DNA of 64,000 nucleotides from Bdellovibrionales bacterium (GTDB lineage Bacteria; Bdellovibrionota; Bdellovibrionia; Bdellovibrionales; UBA1609): NCBI GenBank assembly GCA_965200025.1, contig OZ241325.1, positions 1,306,743 to 1,370,742 of the forward strand, read 5' to 3'. Shown piece by piece: positions 55,138 to 64,000 of this stretch (position 1 is its first letter; each line of letters starts with the position of its first letter). The notes under the pieces were generated by a model. It saw only the letters and a program-made list of their open reading frames with translations, ran no database searches and was not told where the DNA came from. The position numbers and the translations under genes were made by a program.

Positions 55138-58100
55138 ATGAAGATGTTTTTATCAAAACCAGACGGGGCTTTTTTGGTACTTTGTTTTTTCTTTCTGGTA
55201 TTTGCTTATAAGAGTGGGGCCATTTTAAGTGGGGACAACAATTACAGGGTGCTGGAGGCTCCGGACAAAAGCTTTCGCATTATTTTTGACAGGCAGTATG
55301 AGAGTTCCATAGACTGGTTTTATCAAAAAATCAAAACCCGGCTTCTTTCCCACTCCCGTTTTAAAAACCACCATCTGGATGAGCCTTTAACTGTTCTTCT
55401 CATATCCTCTCAGTTTCAGGAGGCCAATGCTTACGCCACCATGCTCCCCTCCAATATTATTGTTATGCTGCCCTCTGTGGGCCTGAACAGCCTTTCCCCT
55501 TTCTCTTTTGAGAGGGTTTTTGAACACGAGCTGAACCATGTGTTTCAACTCAGCTCCCACTTCAAAAAAATGGGGTGGTTAAAGAGAATACTGCCTTTCT
55601 CCCTGTTTGCTTACCCTTACAATGGTATTCTTTTTACACCCCGGTTTGTTATAGAGGGGGATTCTGTTTTGAAAGAGTCTCTTTTTCCTTATGGAGAAGG
55701 CCGCCTTTTTAATGGCCGGTGGAGGGCTTTGGTGTATGCACAAATCGCCCACTACCAACACAGAAGAGAAAAATTTAAAAACCACATTCTGCTTCAGCCC
55801 CATCACCGTACAGCTCACAGCCACATGTCAAAATACGCCCATGGGGCTTATTTTATGGCCATGCTGGCTCATTATTATTCTCACTCCACATTGAATTCTT
55901 TTTTTGATGCCAATAAAAAAAGACTTTCTTACCGGCTTTTCCGGCAGGTACTCAAAGAGGCCAAAAAACAAAACCACCCCACCCCTCAGCTGGGGGAATA
56001 TTTGAATTTTCGGTACCTGAATTTTCAATATCAGCTTATGTCTCTTTTAACAGAGTTTTATTTCAACCATTATTTGGAGGAGGCGGGAAGGCAAAAATCC
56101 TCCTCCCGGCCAGGGCTTTTCACCTCCCAGGTTTGTCTTCCCTTCAATCAGTCTGAAGATGAGATTTTTTTTCTCACCTCGGATCACAGCCGCCCCCCCC
56201 TTTTAAGAATCTTAAATAAAAGCACCGGAAAGTGGACACAAAAAAGCATCGATCTCCCCCTGGGAAAAGTGTTTCGCCTTCAGGGGGCTTACCACAGTGG
56301 AAGCTCTCAAATCACAGCCCCTTACACCCGGCAGTATTCTTTGTTCTCTGAAGGGTATTACAACATACCGGAGTTTAACTCCCGGTATGTGCAGGACCTA
56401 CACAACAACAACATGCTTTACATTAAGGCGGATAACACTTTAAAAAGTGTCAGGCTTTACTGGAACAGGAATTTTTATTCTGATATTCATTCCAATGCCC
56501 TTTTTGATTCCCGGGGGAACATTTATTATTTTAAACAACAAAACCAAAAACGCACTTTGTATAAAAATAAAAAGGCTGTGTTTTCCTATACGGGGTACGA
56601 GGGGTCTTTACTGGAGGTGGATAAAAAAGGAGTGGTGTTTTTTACTGCACCCAGCCCGTATGGATCATCAGTGTACAGGTATGAACAGGGCCGGATTTTC
56701 AGAAGCACCTCTTCAGACAGGGTGTTTCAGGCCCAAAAGATAAACTCCAGGGAGCTTCTGATTTGTGAGCTAAGCCCTTATGAATATGAATACAAAATTG
56801 TACCCTTAAAAACTCTTAAAGAAAAACCGGCCTTATACTCCTACACATTTAAAAAACGAAAGCCCCACCAGGAGGTTTCAGTTCTTAAAACCTCCTTAAA
56901 TTCTCCTGCTTCCCCCTCCACACAAAAACACCGCTTCCTTCCCCAAAAACAAGCAAGCCCCCGGAGAAAGACTTCTCAGGAAGTTTCCTATCAAACCTAC
57001 CGTCCCTTTCAAAACATCTATTTAAACACATGTTTGTGGGCCGCCACCCTCACCCACCAGGGCTTATGGTTTTCAGGATGTGGGTTTTCCGATTATCTGC
57101 TAAAACACCATGTGAGTCTGGTTTATTTTGTACCTTCCATGCCTTATATGAATTTTAAAAAAGCACAGGCTCACAATATTATGGCTCTGTATGGCAACAC
57201 TGTCCATCCCCTGAATTTTAATCTCGGTTACAGTTTTTATGTCACACCAAAAAACAAGACGGCCGGTGCAGCTGCTGGGGAACCTTTTTTAACACAGACA
57301 GCGTTTTTGTCTTTTTCTTACCCTTTGTGGAAAAGGGGCCATTGGTTTTCCCATTTACACTCCCATAACAGCGGGATTTTTAAAACCGGCTCCACACTTC
57401 AAAATCAGCCTTTAAGGCACGGGTTGGAATCTTTATCCTTTACAGGGGAATGGATATTTTCTTACTCACAGAGTTTTCCCTTTAACATTTACAAAAAATG
57501 GACAGGGTATGTTTTTTTCGACCACTTAAGAAAAACAAATGAACATGGTACAAAGTGGGGAGGGGGTTATGAACTCACTATCCCTCTCAGTAAGGGTTTT
57601 TATGCCTCCTCCGGTGGCATGTATGAGGTGGCTCTTGCACCCTCTGTTCATCCTGCGGGTTTCCAAAGCCCCAAAGCCAGCCTGGCTTTTTTAAAAACCT
57701 CAAAAAAACCTTACCTTAGGCAAAAAAAAACTTATGCCACAGAACCTTCTGAAGCCACATTTTTCACAGACACATTTTCTGATCTTTTTACCTCCTCTGT
57801 GTATGAAAGCACAAGCGTACTATCGATGGATTTAAAATTTACAGCACTCATTGACACCAGCACACGAACACGCATCAGACCTTTTATCAGGCTTCGGTGG
57901 AGAGGTTTTGAAGATTTACTTCTGTCCCCCTCTCAGGAGCAAAAAAATTACAGCATTTTTAACAGGCAGGGCTATAAAAAACCCGGTAACACCACTGTAA
58001 CATCTGCTGTAGCAAAAAACCTTATGGGGGTGTCCCGGCTGATCCCCAAACAGGAACACAAAGAGGAGAAAAAAACAAAAATCCACAAAGGGCTTACTCA

Positions 58101-58320
58101 ATGGCTGGAGTGGTCTTTTGGTTTTAACCACACCACCTTCATTGTATTTAATGAGATACCTCTCACCTACGGATTGAGCCTGGGGTTTAAAACCCCTGTT
58201 TTTTCGAGGAATCTCAGACACAGGATTTTTGCAAATGCCCCACTGCCTGAGGCTGCCTCCTGGGCGGATTATTTGGCGAAATCTTTTTCTTTTAAAGTTT
58301 ATGGAACTCTGCTTTATTAA
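55138..58320 (+). CDS. large (1060 aa) secreted/outer-membrane hypothetical protein with an HExxH motif
   Basis: Signal/anchor segment AFLVLCFFFLVFAY and FEHELNHVFQL (a zinc-metallopeptidase-type HExxH). The Y/F/G/S-rich beta-type sequence ends ...FKVYGTLLY with an aromatic C-terminus, as in beta-barrel OMPs. Confidence 0.5.
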   Translation: MKMFLSKPDGAFLVLCFFFLVFAYKSGAILSGDNNYRVLEAPDKSFRIIFDRQYESSIDWFYQKIKTRLLSHSRFKNHHLDEPLTVLLISSQFQEANAYATMLPSNIIVMLPSVGLNSLSPFSFERVFEHELNHVFQLSSHFKKMGWLKRILPFSLFAYPYNGILFTPRFVIEGDSVLKESLFPYGEGRLFNGRWRALVYAQIAHYQHRREKFKNHILLQPHHRTAHSHMSKYAHGAYFMAMLAHYYSHSTLNSFFDANKKRLSYRLFRQVLKEAKKQNHPTPQLGEYLNFRYLNFQYQLMSLLTEFYFNHYLEEAGRQKSSSRPGLFTSQVCLPFNQSEDEIFFLTSDHSRPPLLRILNKSTGKWTQKSIDLPLGKVFRLQGAYHSGSSQITAPYTRQYSLFSEGYYNIPEFNSRYVQDLHNNNMLYIKADNTLKSVRLYWNRNFYSDIHSNALFDSRGNIYYFKQQNQKRTLYKNKKAVFSYTGYEGSLLEVDKKGVVFFTAPSPYGSSVYRYEQGRIFRSTSSDRVFQAQKINSRELLICELSPYEYEYKIVPLKTLKEKPALYSYTFKKRKPHQEVSVLKTSLNSPASPSTQKHRFLPQKQASPRRKTSQEVSYQTYRPFQNIYLNTCLWAATLTHQGLWFSGCGFSDYLLKHHVSLVYFVPSMPYMNFKKAQAHNIMALYGNTVHPLNFNLGYSFYVTPKNKTAGAAAGEPFLTQTAFLSFSYPLWKRGHWFSHLHSHNSGIFKTGSTLQNQPLRHGLESLSFTGEWIFSYSQSFPFNIYKKWTGYVFFDHLRKTNEHGTKWGGGYELTIPLSKGFYASSGGMYEVALAPSVHPAGFQSPKASLAFLKTSKKPYLRQKKTYATEPSEATFFTDTFSDLFTSSVYESTSVLSMDLKFTALIDTSTRTRIRPFIRLRWRGFEDLLLSPSQEQKNYSIFNRQGYKKPGNTTVTSAVAKNLMGVSRLIPKQEHKEEKKTKIHKGLTQWLEWSFGFNHTTFIVFNEIPLTYGLSLGFKTPVFSRNLRHRIFANAPLPEAASWADYLAKSFSFKVYGTLLY

Positions 58321-58383
58321 ACCAGCACGGGAGAGCCACATTTTTAAATTTTTACTCTTTAGAAAGGCATCATTGTAAAGAAG

Positions 58384-59112
58384 ATGTTAAATTTCACTCC
58401 TGTTTTTTCGCCCAATTATGCAAAGCAGATGATACCTGTGGAGTTTTTAATTTTGCACTACACCGCCTGTAGTCTGCACAAAACCTTAAGTATTTTTAAC
58501 AGCCTGGCGGGGGGAGGCAAAACCTGCACTCATCTGATTATAGACCCCTGTGGAAAAGTGTTTGAAAACACACCCTGCCTTAAGGGAAAGTGTTTTAAAG
58601 CCTTTCATGCAGGTAAAAGCCAGCTGAAAGAGACTGTTCCTGCCTCTTTTGAAAGCCCCACACATCCTAAAAAAGACAAAAAAAACCCCCACCCCGTCCA
58701 AAAAATCTGGAGGGATTTTAACAACTTCTCCCTGGGGGTGGAGCTGGTGAATTACAACGGAAACCTCTTTAACTACACCCGGGAACAGTACCAGACTCTC
58801 GGGCTTTTGCTTAAAAAGCTTAAAAACCTCTACCCGGCTTTAAAAAACCCCCACCGTATTTTTGGTCATGAGCATATTGCAGGTTTCAGAGGTAAGATTG
58901 ATCCCGGACATAAGTTTAACTGGCCTCTTTTTTTTAAAACCAGTTATCCCTCACATTCTCCTCCTTCAAGGGTACCAGCTCTGTCGCAAAAAAATTTAAA
59001 AACATTTTCCCCAAGGGGTAAAAAGCTTCTTCAGTTAAAAAAAACCACAGACCGGGACTGGATGGCCTTAAACTCTGAAATGGAAAAGCAGCACACAAAA
59101 CTTTATTCTTAA
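58384..59112 (+). CDS. ampD: N-acetylmuramoyl-L-alanine amidase, AmpD-like (amidase_2)
   Basis: Motifs EFLILHYTA, HLIIDPCGKVFE, AFHAGKS, FSLGVELVN and GHEHIAGFRGKIDPG. Confidence 0.8.
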   Translation: MLNFTPVFSPNYAKQMIPVEFLILHYTACSLHKTLSIFNSLAGGGKTCTHLIIDPCGKVFENTPCLKGKCFKAFHAGKSQLKETVPASFESPTHPKKDKKNPHPVQKIWRDFNNFSLGVELVNYNGNLFNYTREQYQTLGLLLKKLKNLYPALKNPHRIFGHEHIAGFRGKIDPGHKFNWPLFFKTSYPSHSPPSRVPALSQKNLKTFSPRGKKLLQLKKTTDRDWMALNSEMEKQHTKLYS

Positions 59113-59567
59113 GTTTTTTTATTTTTTTTATACACCCCATCGCAGGAGGCGTAAGTATACTGGCCTCTTTCAGACCCTTCCTTTAAGCAATAGCTGTCGC
59201 CCAAAATAAGAACTTTCCCTGAATGGTCCTCCTCCATATAACGGTTTAACACACAAAACTTTTGAGGGGTAAAAGCCCCCTGTTTCTGTATCACCACCTC
59301 TGAGATCTTTACCTCTTTAAAACCACTAAACCGCTTTTGCCAAAACCGACAGCCTTCCCCGGGAATGTAATCCAAAATGTTTTTTCCATCTGAAAGTGTA
59401 CACTGAACCACCTGACCGGAATGGTTGGTCCAAAGCTTTTGTTTTTCATTGTAATTATAAAGGGAACAGGGCTTAAGCCCACCACCTAAAAAGCCCCCTC
59501 CGGGAACACAGGCAGGTAAAAACACCATCATACCCGTCAGGAAAAATTTTTTAAAGTCTGTGTTCAT
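59109..59567 (-). CDS. hypothetical Cys-rich lipoprotein
   Basis: Signal peptide with a lipobox-like FLPAC and six further Cys. No recognisable family. Confidence 0.45.
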   Translation of the reverse strand: MNTDFKKFFLTGMMVFLPACVPGGGFLGGGLKPCSLYNYNEKQKLWTNHSGQVVQCTLSDGKNILDYIPGEGCRFWQKRFSGFKEVKISEVVIQKQGAFTPQKFCVLNRYMEEDHSGKVLILGDSYCLKEGSERGQYTYASCDGVYKKNKKT

Positions 59568-59604
59568 ATTTTACTCCTTATGATTTTATTTTTAAACTTT
59601 TTTA

Positions 59605-61473
59605 TTATTTTATAATAACAGGGGATTCATTTTTTATGACACGACGGGTGAGGGAAATCACCAATCTCCTGTTTTTGGTCTCAGAAAAGGTAAAAGTTCT
59701 TTTTTCCGGCCGGTAATCTTTTTTTCTGATCTCTATATAAACTCTCTCACCAAAAGGCACTGTCACAGCAAAGGGTGTAAGCCCATCCTGTTTTTTACGG
59801 TTGATATAAACTTCAGCTCCCGAGGGGTGGGTTTGTATCAAAAGGCTTTTTGCATTGCTCTTCACAGGGGGTGATTCCCCCTTTTTTAAAAAGGGGTCTT
59901 TAGAGGAGGCCACCTGTCTTTGAGAGGGCGGTGGGTTTAGGGATCGATCCACAAGCTGATTCCACAAAGAAGCCACCTTATGGCTTACAAAATGGGGAAG
60001 AGGTTTAATGATCTCCGGCTTAAAGTGAAACAAAATCAGACCTGTTAATACAAAACCCGCCACTAAGAAGGGAAAACGGTTTTTCCTCCGCTTTTTCTTA
60101 TACCCCCCTTTCACACCCTGCCTCCAATTCAGCTGGCGAATTTTTGAAAGAAAAACCGGCTTCTTTTTTGACACAGAAGAGGCAGCCGTTTTTTTAATCT
60201 TTTTATAAGTGGGGGGGGCCACTTCATCATCAAACCGGGTTTCTGTGATGGAAGCCTGCAGGTTTTGCTCCACATCAGCTGTTAAAGCTGTGGGTTTATT
60301 TTGTGTGCTGTTTTCCGGTTCCACCAATGATAAAGTCCCCTCAGAGGAGGAGCAGGTTTCCTCATCTTCCCATTCCTGGGTTTTGGTGGTATCCACACTT
60401 CCTATAAAAGTGGACTCTGAATCTGTGTAACTGGCAGAGGAATGAGTGTGTATAAGCATTTTTTTGTCATATTCCCTTAATCCCTTTAAAAAGGATTTTA
60501 CTGTTTTTCTCTCCTCCAAAATCTCCTCTGCATAAACCTCCTTAATAAAAGAATTAAAATCATTGGGGGTAAAATGAGGGTAATTTTTATTTAAAAACAC
60601 CGTTAAATCGTTGCTCATATCTGCCAAAGACCTGTATCTTGATTTCTTGTCAGGATGCAGGGCTTTTTTTACAATACTCACCAAAGGGGGGGGGATGTCC
60701 GGTCTTAAGGATTTAAGATCAGGAATACGGCAGCTTCTGATTTTCATCAAAATCTGCATTTCATCAGAACCGGTAAACAGTTTTTTACCGGAAAGCAGCT
60801 CCCAAAACACACTTCCAAGGGAGAAAATATCCGTCTGCCGGTCCAGGTGCTGACCTCTGACCTGCTCTGGACTCATGTATTCAAACTTTCCCTTCAGCAC
60901 CCCACTTTTTGTGCCGTCTGCATTTTCCAGTTTAACAATACCAAAATCAATCAGTTTAATATCACCACTGAATGCCACCATAACATTCTGAGGACTTACA
61001 TCCCGGTGAATAATCCCCAAAGTGGTTCCCGTTTCCCCATCTGTGCAGTTGTGTACATAATCCAGCCCCAAACACACATTGTTAATAATATACACAGATT
61101 GCTCAATACTGAGCTTCTTTTTTAACGAAACAAGTTTTTTGGCAAGCTGTCTTAAATTTCTTCCGGAAATATACTCCATACAAATAAAAAACTGATTCTC
61201 ATCAAATCCAAATTCAAACATGGATATCACATTCCGGTGGTTGATGTTGATAGCCACCTTCCCCTCATTCTGAAACATTTTTTTAAAGTCTTTGTTTTCC
61301 GACCGGGTGGACATCACCCTTTTAATAACCAAAAACCGGTAACCGGTTTTGGGTATTCCTGTACAGCCCAAAAAAATCTCAGCCATACCACCCTGGGCAA
61401 TTTTCTTTAAAAGCTTAAATTTACCAAATTTTTTGATTTCCATTGGTCTGTCCTGTTTTTTATTTTTTAACAC
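59605..61473 (-). CDS. Ser/Thr protein kinase with TM segment and C-terminal PEGA domain
   Basis: Hanks-kinase motifs (AQGGMAEIF, VIKR, HRDVSPQNVMV, DFGI, SPEQ), one TM helix (FPFLVAGFVLTGLILF) and a PEGA-like end (HPSGAEVYINRKKQDGLTPF). An alternative start lies at 61443. Confidence 0.85.
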   Translation of the reverse strand: MLKNKKQDRPMEIKKFGKFKLLKKIAQGGMAEIFLGCTGIPKTGYRFLVIKRVMSTRSENKDFKKMFQNEGKVAININHRNVISMFEFGFDENQFFICMEYISGRNLRQLAKKLVSLKKKLSIEQSVYIINNVCLGLDYVHNCTDGETGTTLGIIHRDVSPQNVMVAFSGDIKLIDFGIVKLENADGTKSGVLKGKFEYMSPEQVRGQHLDRQTDIFSLGSVFWELLSGKKLFTGSDEMQILMKIRSCRIPDLKSLRPDIPPPLVSIVKKALHPDKKSRYRSLADMSNDLTVFLNKNYPHFTPNDFNSFIKEVYAEEILEERKTVKSFLKGLREYDKKMLIHTHSSASYTDSESTFIGSVDTTKTQEWEDEETCSSSEGTLSLVEPENSTQNKPTALTADVEQNLQASITETRFDDEVAPPTYKKIKKTAASSVSKKKPVFLSKIRQLNWRQGVKGGYKKKRRKNRFPFLVAGFVLTGLILFHFKPEIIKPLPHFVSHKVASLWNQLVDRSLNPPPSQRQVASSKDPFLKKGESPPVKSNAKSLLIQTHPSGAEVYINRKKQDGLTPFAVTVPFGERVYIEIRKKDYRPEKRTFTFSETKNRRLVISLTRRVIKNESPVIIK

Positions 61474-61604
61474 CCTCTTATAGACTTTCCCAAAACCCTT
61501 CAGGCGGATGCGGGTCTTAAATTGCCGTTTGACTTACACCAATTTAAGATTTACCTCCAGGCCATAAGATGCTTTTCTTATCGGCAGGACGGAGGCAAAA
61601 CTTT

Positions 61605-62207
61605 ATGATACGTAAAATGGCTTTAACAGGAATAATGGGGGCGGGTAAAAGTTGTGTGGGTTTTTTTATAAACTCTTTGGGTATTCCTTTTGTATCCGCC
61701 GATGAATTAAGCCAAAAGGCCGTATCCCCCCCTCAGGAAGGCCATGCACGGCTCTTAAAAATCCTTGGACCCTCCTTCTTAAAAGCGGATGGCTCCTGGA
61801 ACAGGGGGAAAATTGCAGAAAAAATTTTTCACAACCCCGATTTGCTGTCCCGGGTGGAGGGGGCTATCCACCCTTTGGTCCTGAAAATGATGTGGAAAGA
61901 GGCTCACAGGGCACAGCGGGATTTAAAGCCTCTGATTGTGTTTGAGGTTCCTCTTTTGTTTGAAAAAAACCTGCAAGGCTGTTTTGAGGATTCCGTGGTG
62001 GTGGCAGCCAAAGAATCTTTATGCCAGGCCCGTTTAAGGAAACACAAAGCGGACTTGTATCCGGGTTTTAAAAATCGTATGTCATTTCAGCTCTCTCAGG
62101 AGGAAAAGCTGAAAAAAGCGGACTTTGTTTTATGGAACAATGGTTCTTTGGAGGATTTAAAATCCAAAGTCAAAGCTCTGCTGAAAAAAATGAAAATCTT
62201 ATTTTGA
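61605..62207 (+). CDS. coaE: dephospho-CoA kinase
   Basis: P-loop LTGIMGAGKS, VFEVPLLFE and typical length. The start is ambiguous (61569, 61605 or 61617). Confidence 0.8.
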   Translation: MIRKMALTGIMGAGKSCVGFFINSLGIPFVSADELSQKAVSPPQEGHARLLKILGPSFLKADGSWNRGKIAEKIFHNPDLLSRVEGAIHPLVLKMMWKEAHRAQRDLKPLIVFEVPLLFEKNLQGCFEDSVVVAAKESLCQARLRKHKADLYPGFKNRMSFQLSQEEKLKKADFVLWNNGSLEDLKSKVKALLKKMKILF

Positions 62208-62243
62208 CATTTTATAGAAAAAAAGTAAAAACCTCCCCTGAAG

Positions 62244-64000
62244 ATGCTACACTTTAAGTCATTTACCAGCAACAAAACAAAACTTGAAACCTTAAAAAAC
62301 TTTAACCCTCGCCATCATTTGTGGATCAGCCCGGACTCAAAATCCCGTCTTCTGGTTTTAAACCACCTTCAGTGTCACTATCCTGTACTCAACAACCAAT
62401 GTGTTTTGAGGGCAAAAGATTTTTGGCAGCATCTGCTGGAGATACAAAAACCGGGGTTTTACCCCCTCTCCAAAAATTTTCTTTCTGTGGTATATAAAAA
62501 CTGGGCAGAGCAAAGCCATCTGAAACCGGTGTGGAAGTCCTCTATCCGCACCAGCTCTTTGGTGTGTGAGTGTATGGAGGTGTTTTCCCACATGATGCTC
62601 CATAAGGAAAGGCACTCACTTATGGAGGAATGGCTTAAAGAGGCGGGCAAGCCGGACTTTACCCGTCACTACCTTCACCTGGCAGAAAGTTTTTGGGATT
62701 ATCTGTATAAAAAAAAGGTTTTTGATCCCGGGTGGGCGGCCTCCATGCTTTTGGATCACCTGCCAGCCTTCAAGCTGCAAAAATGGGGACACATCACTTT
62801 TGACCTGGGCTGGGATATGGATTTGGTGGAAGCCGAGCTCATTGTACAAATAGCTTCCAAAACCTCTGTTTGTGTGGTTTTGCCTTTCCCCTTCCCTCCG
62901 GAGGGGAAAACACAAAACAGTTTTTTTTCCACCACCGCTTATAAAATTTTTACAGCACAGGGTAAAAGTTTTTTTTCAAAAAACAAAAGCCCGGTGGTTA
63001 AAGAGGGCAAAGCTTTAAAGCCTGTCTGTGTTAAGGGGTTAAGAAGTTTTTTAAGTCCTTTGGCAGAGGCAAAAGACATCACCTCATGGGCAAAAAAACT
63101 CCTCAAAAAAGGGGTAAAACCGGAAGACATTGCCCTGCTTTGCCCTCATATAGAGGAGTATTGGCCGGTCCTGTCTTTTTACTTTCAGATCGAATCCATC
63201 CCGGTTTCAAAAAGAGAAAAAACAACTCTTTTAAGTTTCCCCCAAATAACTTTCTGGCTGGCAAACCTTTACACCCACAGTGGCCATGTGCAGTACGAAA
63301 ACCTGGAGCTTTTAAAATCCAGGAAACACCCGAACAGTGACTTCAGCCGGTTTGAGAACCATTTTTTACATATCACAGACAAAGAACACATCCCCTCCCA
63401 TTTATTGACAAAAAATCTGATAAAGGACTTTAACCAAAAGCTCTCACCAGAGGGGTTTTTGGACTGGAGTCTGAAGCTTTACACCGGGGACTTAACACAC
63501 CAGGACCCGGATCAGGAAGAGGAGGATTTTTTACTTCCCCACATTCAAAATATTTTGGGGGAGCTGGTGGCTTTTGGCACTCATTTTAAAAAATCTTTTT
63601 GTATTGCAGACTGGATTCTTTTTTTGGAGTTTCGGCTTAAGGAAACAGAAATTGTACATGAGGAGGAACACACCAAAGGCATAAACTGTGTCAGCTTAAA
63701 CGCCATAAACCAGTTAAGCCCCTCTTATGTGTATGCTGCGGGACTTAGTGAGCAAAATTTAAAAGAAAATGATTTTTCACAAACTTTGGAGTTTGATACA
63801 GAATTTTTAAGAGATCATCTGGGGTTTTTTCTGAAAACAAAAACCCCGCACAACAAAGAGCAAAGTCTTTTAAGTTTTACAAAACAGGACTCTTTAAAAG
63901 AGGTGGTGTTTTCTTTTTCCCGGTCGGATTTTCAGGGGGACCCTTTAAGTCCCTCTTACTTATGGCTCAAAGAGGCCCGGGAGCAAAACCTGCCCCACCC
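62244..64000 (+). CDS. large ORF running off the window (at least 585 codons), AddB/PD-(D/E)xK helicase-nuclease-subunit-like
   Basis: My own translation from ATG 62244 stays open to the window end. It is not in the ORF track because no stop is reached. The inactivated-helicase-like layout and the segment INCVSLNAINQLSPSYVYAAGLSEQNL resemble AddB-type proteins. The family assignment is tentative. Confidence 0.45.
   Translation, partial: MLHFKSFTSNKTKLETLKNFNPRHHLWISPDSKSRLLVLNHLQCHYPVLNNQCVLRAKDFWQHLLEIQKPGFYPLSKNFLSVVYKNWAEQSHLKPVWKSSIRTSSLVCECMEVFSHMMLHKERHSLMEEWLKEAGKPDFTRHYLHLAESFWDYLYKKKVFDPGWAASMLLDHLPAFKLQKWGHITFDLGWDMDLVEAELIVQIASKTSVCVVLPFPFPPEGKTQNSFFSTTAYKIFTAQGKSFFSKNKSPVVKEGKALKPVCVKGLRSFLSPLAEAKDITSWAKKLLKKGVKPEDIALLCPHIEEYWPVLSFYFQIESIPVSKREKTTLLSFPQITFWLANLYTHSGHVQYENLELLKSRKHPNSDFSRFENHFLHITDKEHIPSHLLTKNLIKDFNQKLSPEGFLDWSLKLYTGDLTHQDPDQEEEDFLLPHIQNILGELVAFGTHFKKSFCIADWILFLEFRLKETEIVHEEEHTKGINCVSLNAINQLSPSYVYAAGLSEQNLKENDFSQTLEFDTEFLRDHLGFFLKTKTPHNKEQSLLSFTKQDSLKEVVFSFSRSDFQGDPLSPSYLWLKEAREQNLPH

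Overview
This is a 64-kb chromosomal window from a Gram-negative bacterium. The lineage cannot be determined by eye. A PEGA-domain Ser/Thr kinase, BatD and an AgmX/TonB-C-like protein faintly suggest a Bdellovibrionota/Myxococcota-type genome (low confidence).

The backbone is housekeeping:
- proS (3' end), mnmA, a MiaB/MtaB-family enzyme, rnc and der
- rpsR, then rpmB, an L24-like gene, bioA, secG and tRNA-Arg
- prs, rplY, pth and ychF; rnhB
- the classical tuf, tRNA-Trp, secE, nusG, rplKAJL, rpoBC block on the minus strand (29.6-42.5 kb)
- rlmB-like, pyrF, resB-like, sohB, ampD, a Ser/Thr kinase, coaE, and an AddB-like ORF that runs off the right edge

I hand-folded seven tRNAs: Arg-CCT, Pro-TGG, Trp-CCA, Gly-CCC, Gly-TCC, Tyr-GTA and Thr-TGT. 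I saw no rRNA, CRISPR array, transposase or integrase.

Accessory or unusual content:
1. An abruptly AT-rich island (22964-29652) lies between tRNA-Pro and the rpoC stop. It carries a single-chain nuclease-methylase-specificity (type IIG-like) enzyme and a translationally coupled OLD-nuclease/UvrD-helicase pair (Gabija-like). This is the best candidate for a defence system here. Its parts belong to recognisable families, so any novelty lies in the combination and context.
2. The conserved tRNA(Thr-Tyr-Gly)-tuf junction is split by about 5.7 kb. The insert holds two paralogous 'dead trypsin fold + Sel1 repeat' proteins, an extra tRNA-Gly(CCC) and a 5'-truncated ATPase gene.
3. A perfectly identical 140-bp x 4.66 tandem array lies between tRNA-Tyr and tRNA-Gly(TCC). 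Each unit starts with the first 10 nt of the tRNA and looks like a decayed tRNA-Gly copy plus a hairpin-rich spacer.
4. Three divergent paralogous secreted proteins (11.7, 16.4 and 19.5 kb) each sit behind the same 15-nt palindrome and a near-identical TTGACA-N16-TAAA(A/G)(A/T) promoter. Two of the promoters have a G9 tract in the spacer.
5. Two paralogous lipoproteins with identical 5' ends flank pyrF.
6. An LRR gene carries two compensating frameshifts.

All calls are by eye from the sequence and ORF track. No searches were run.
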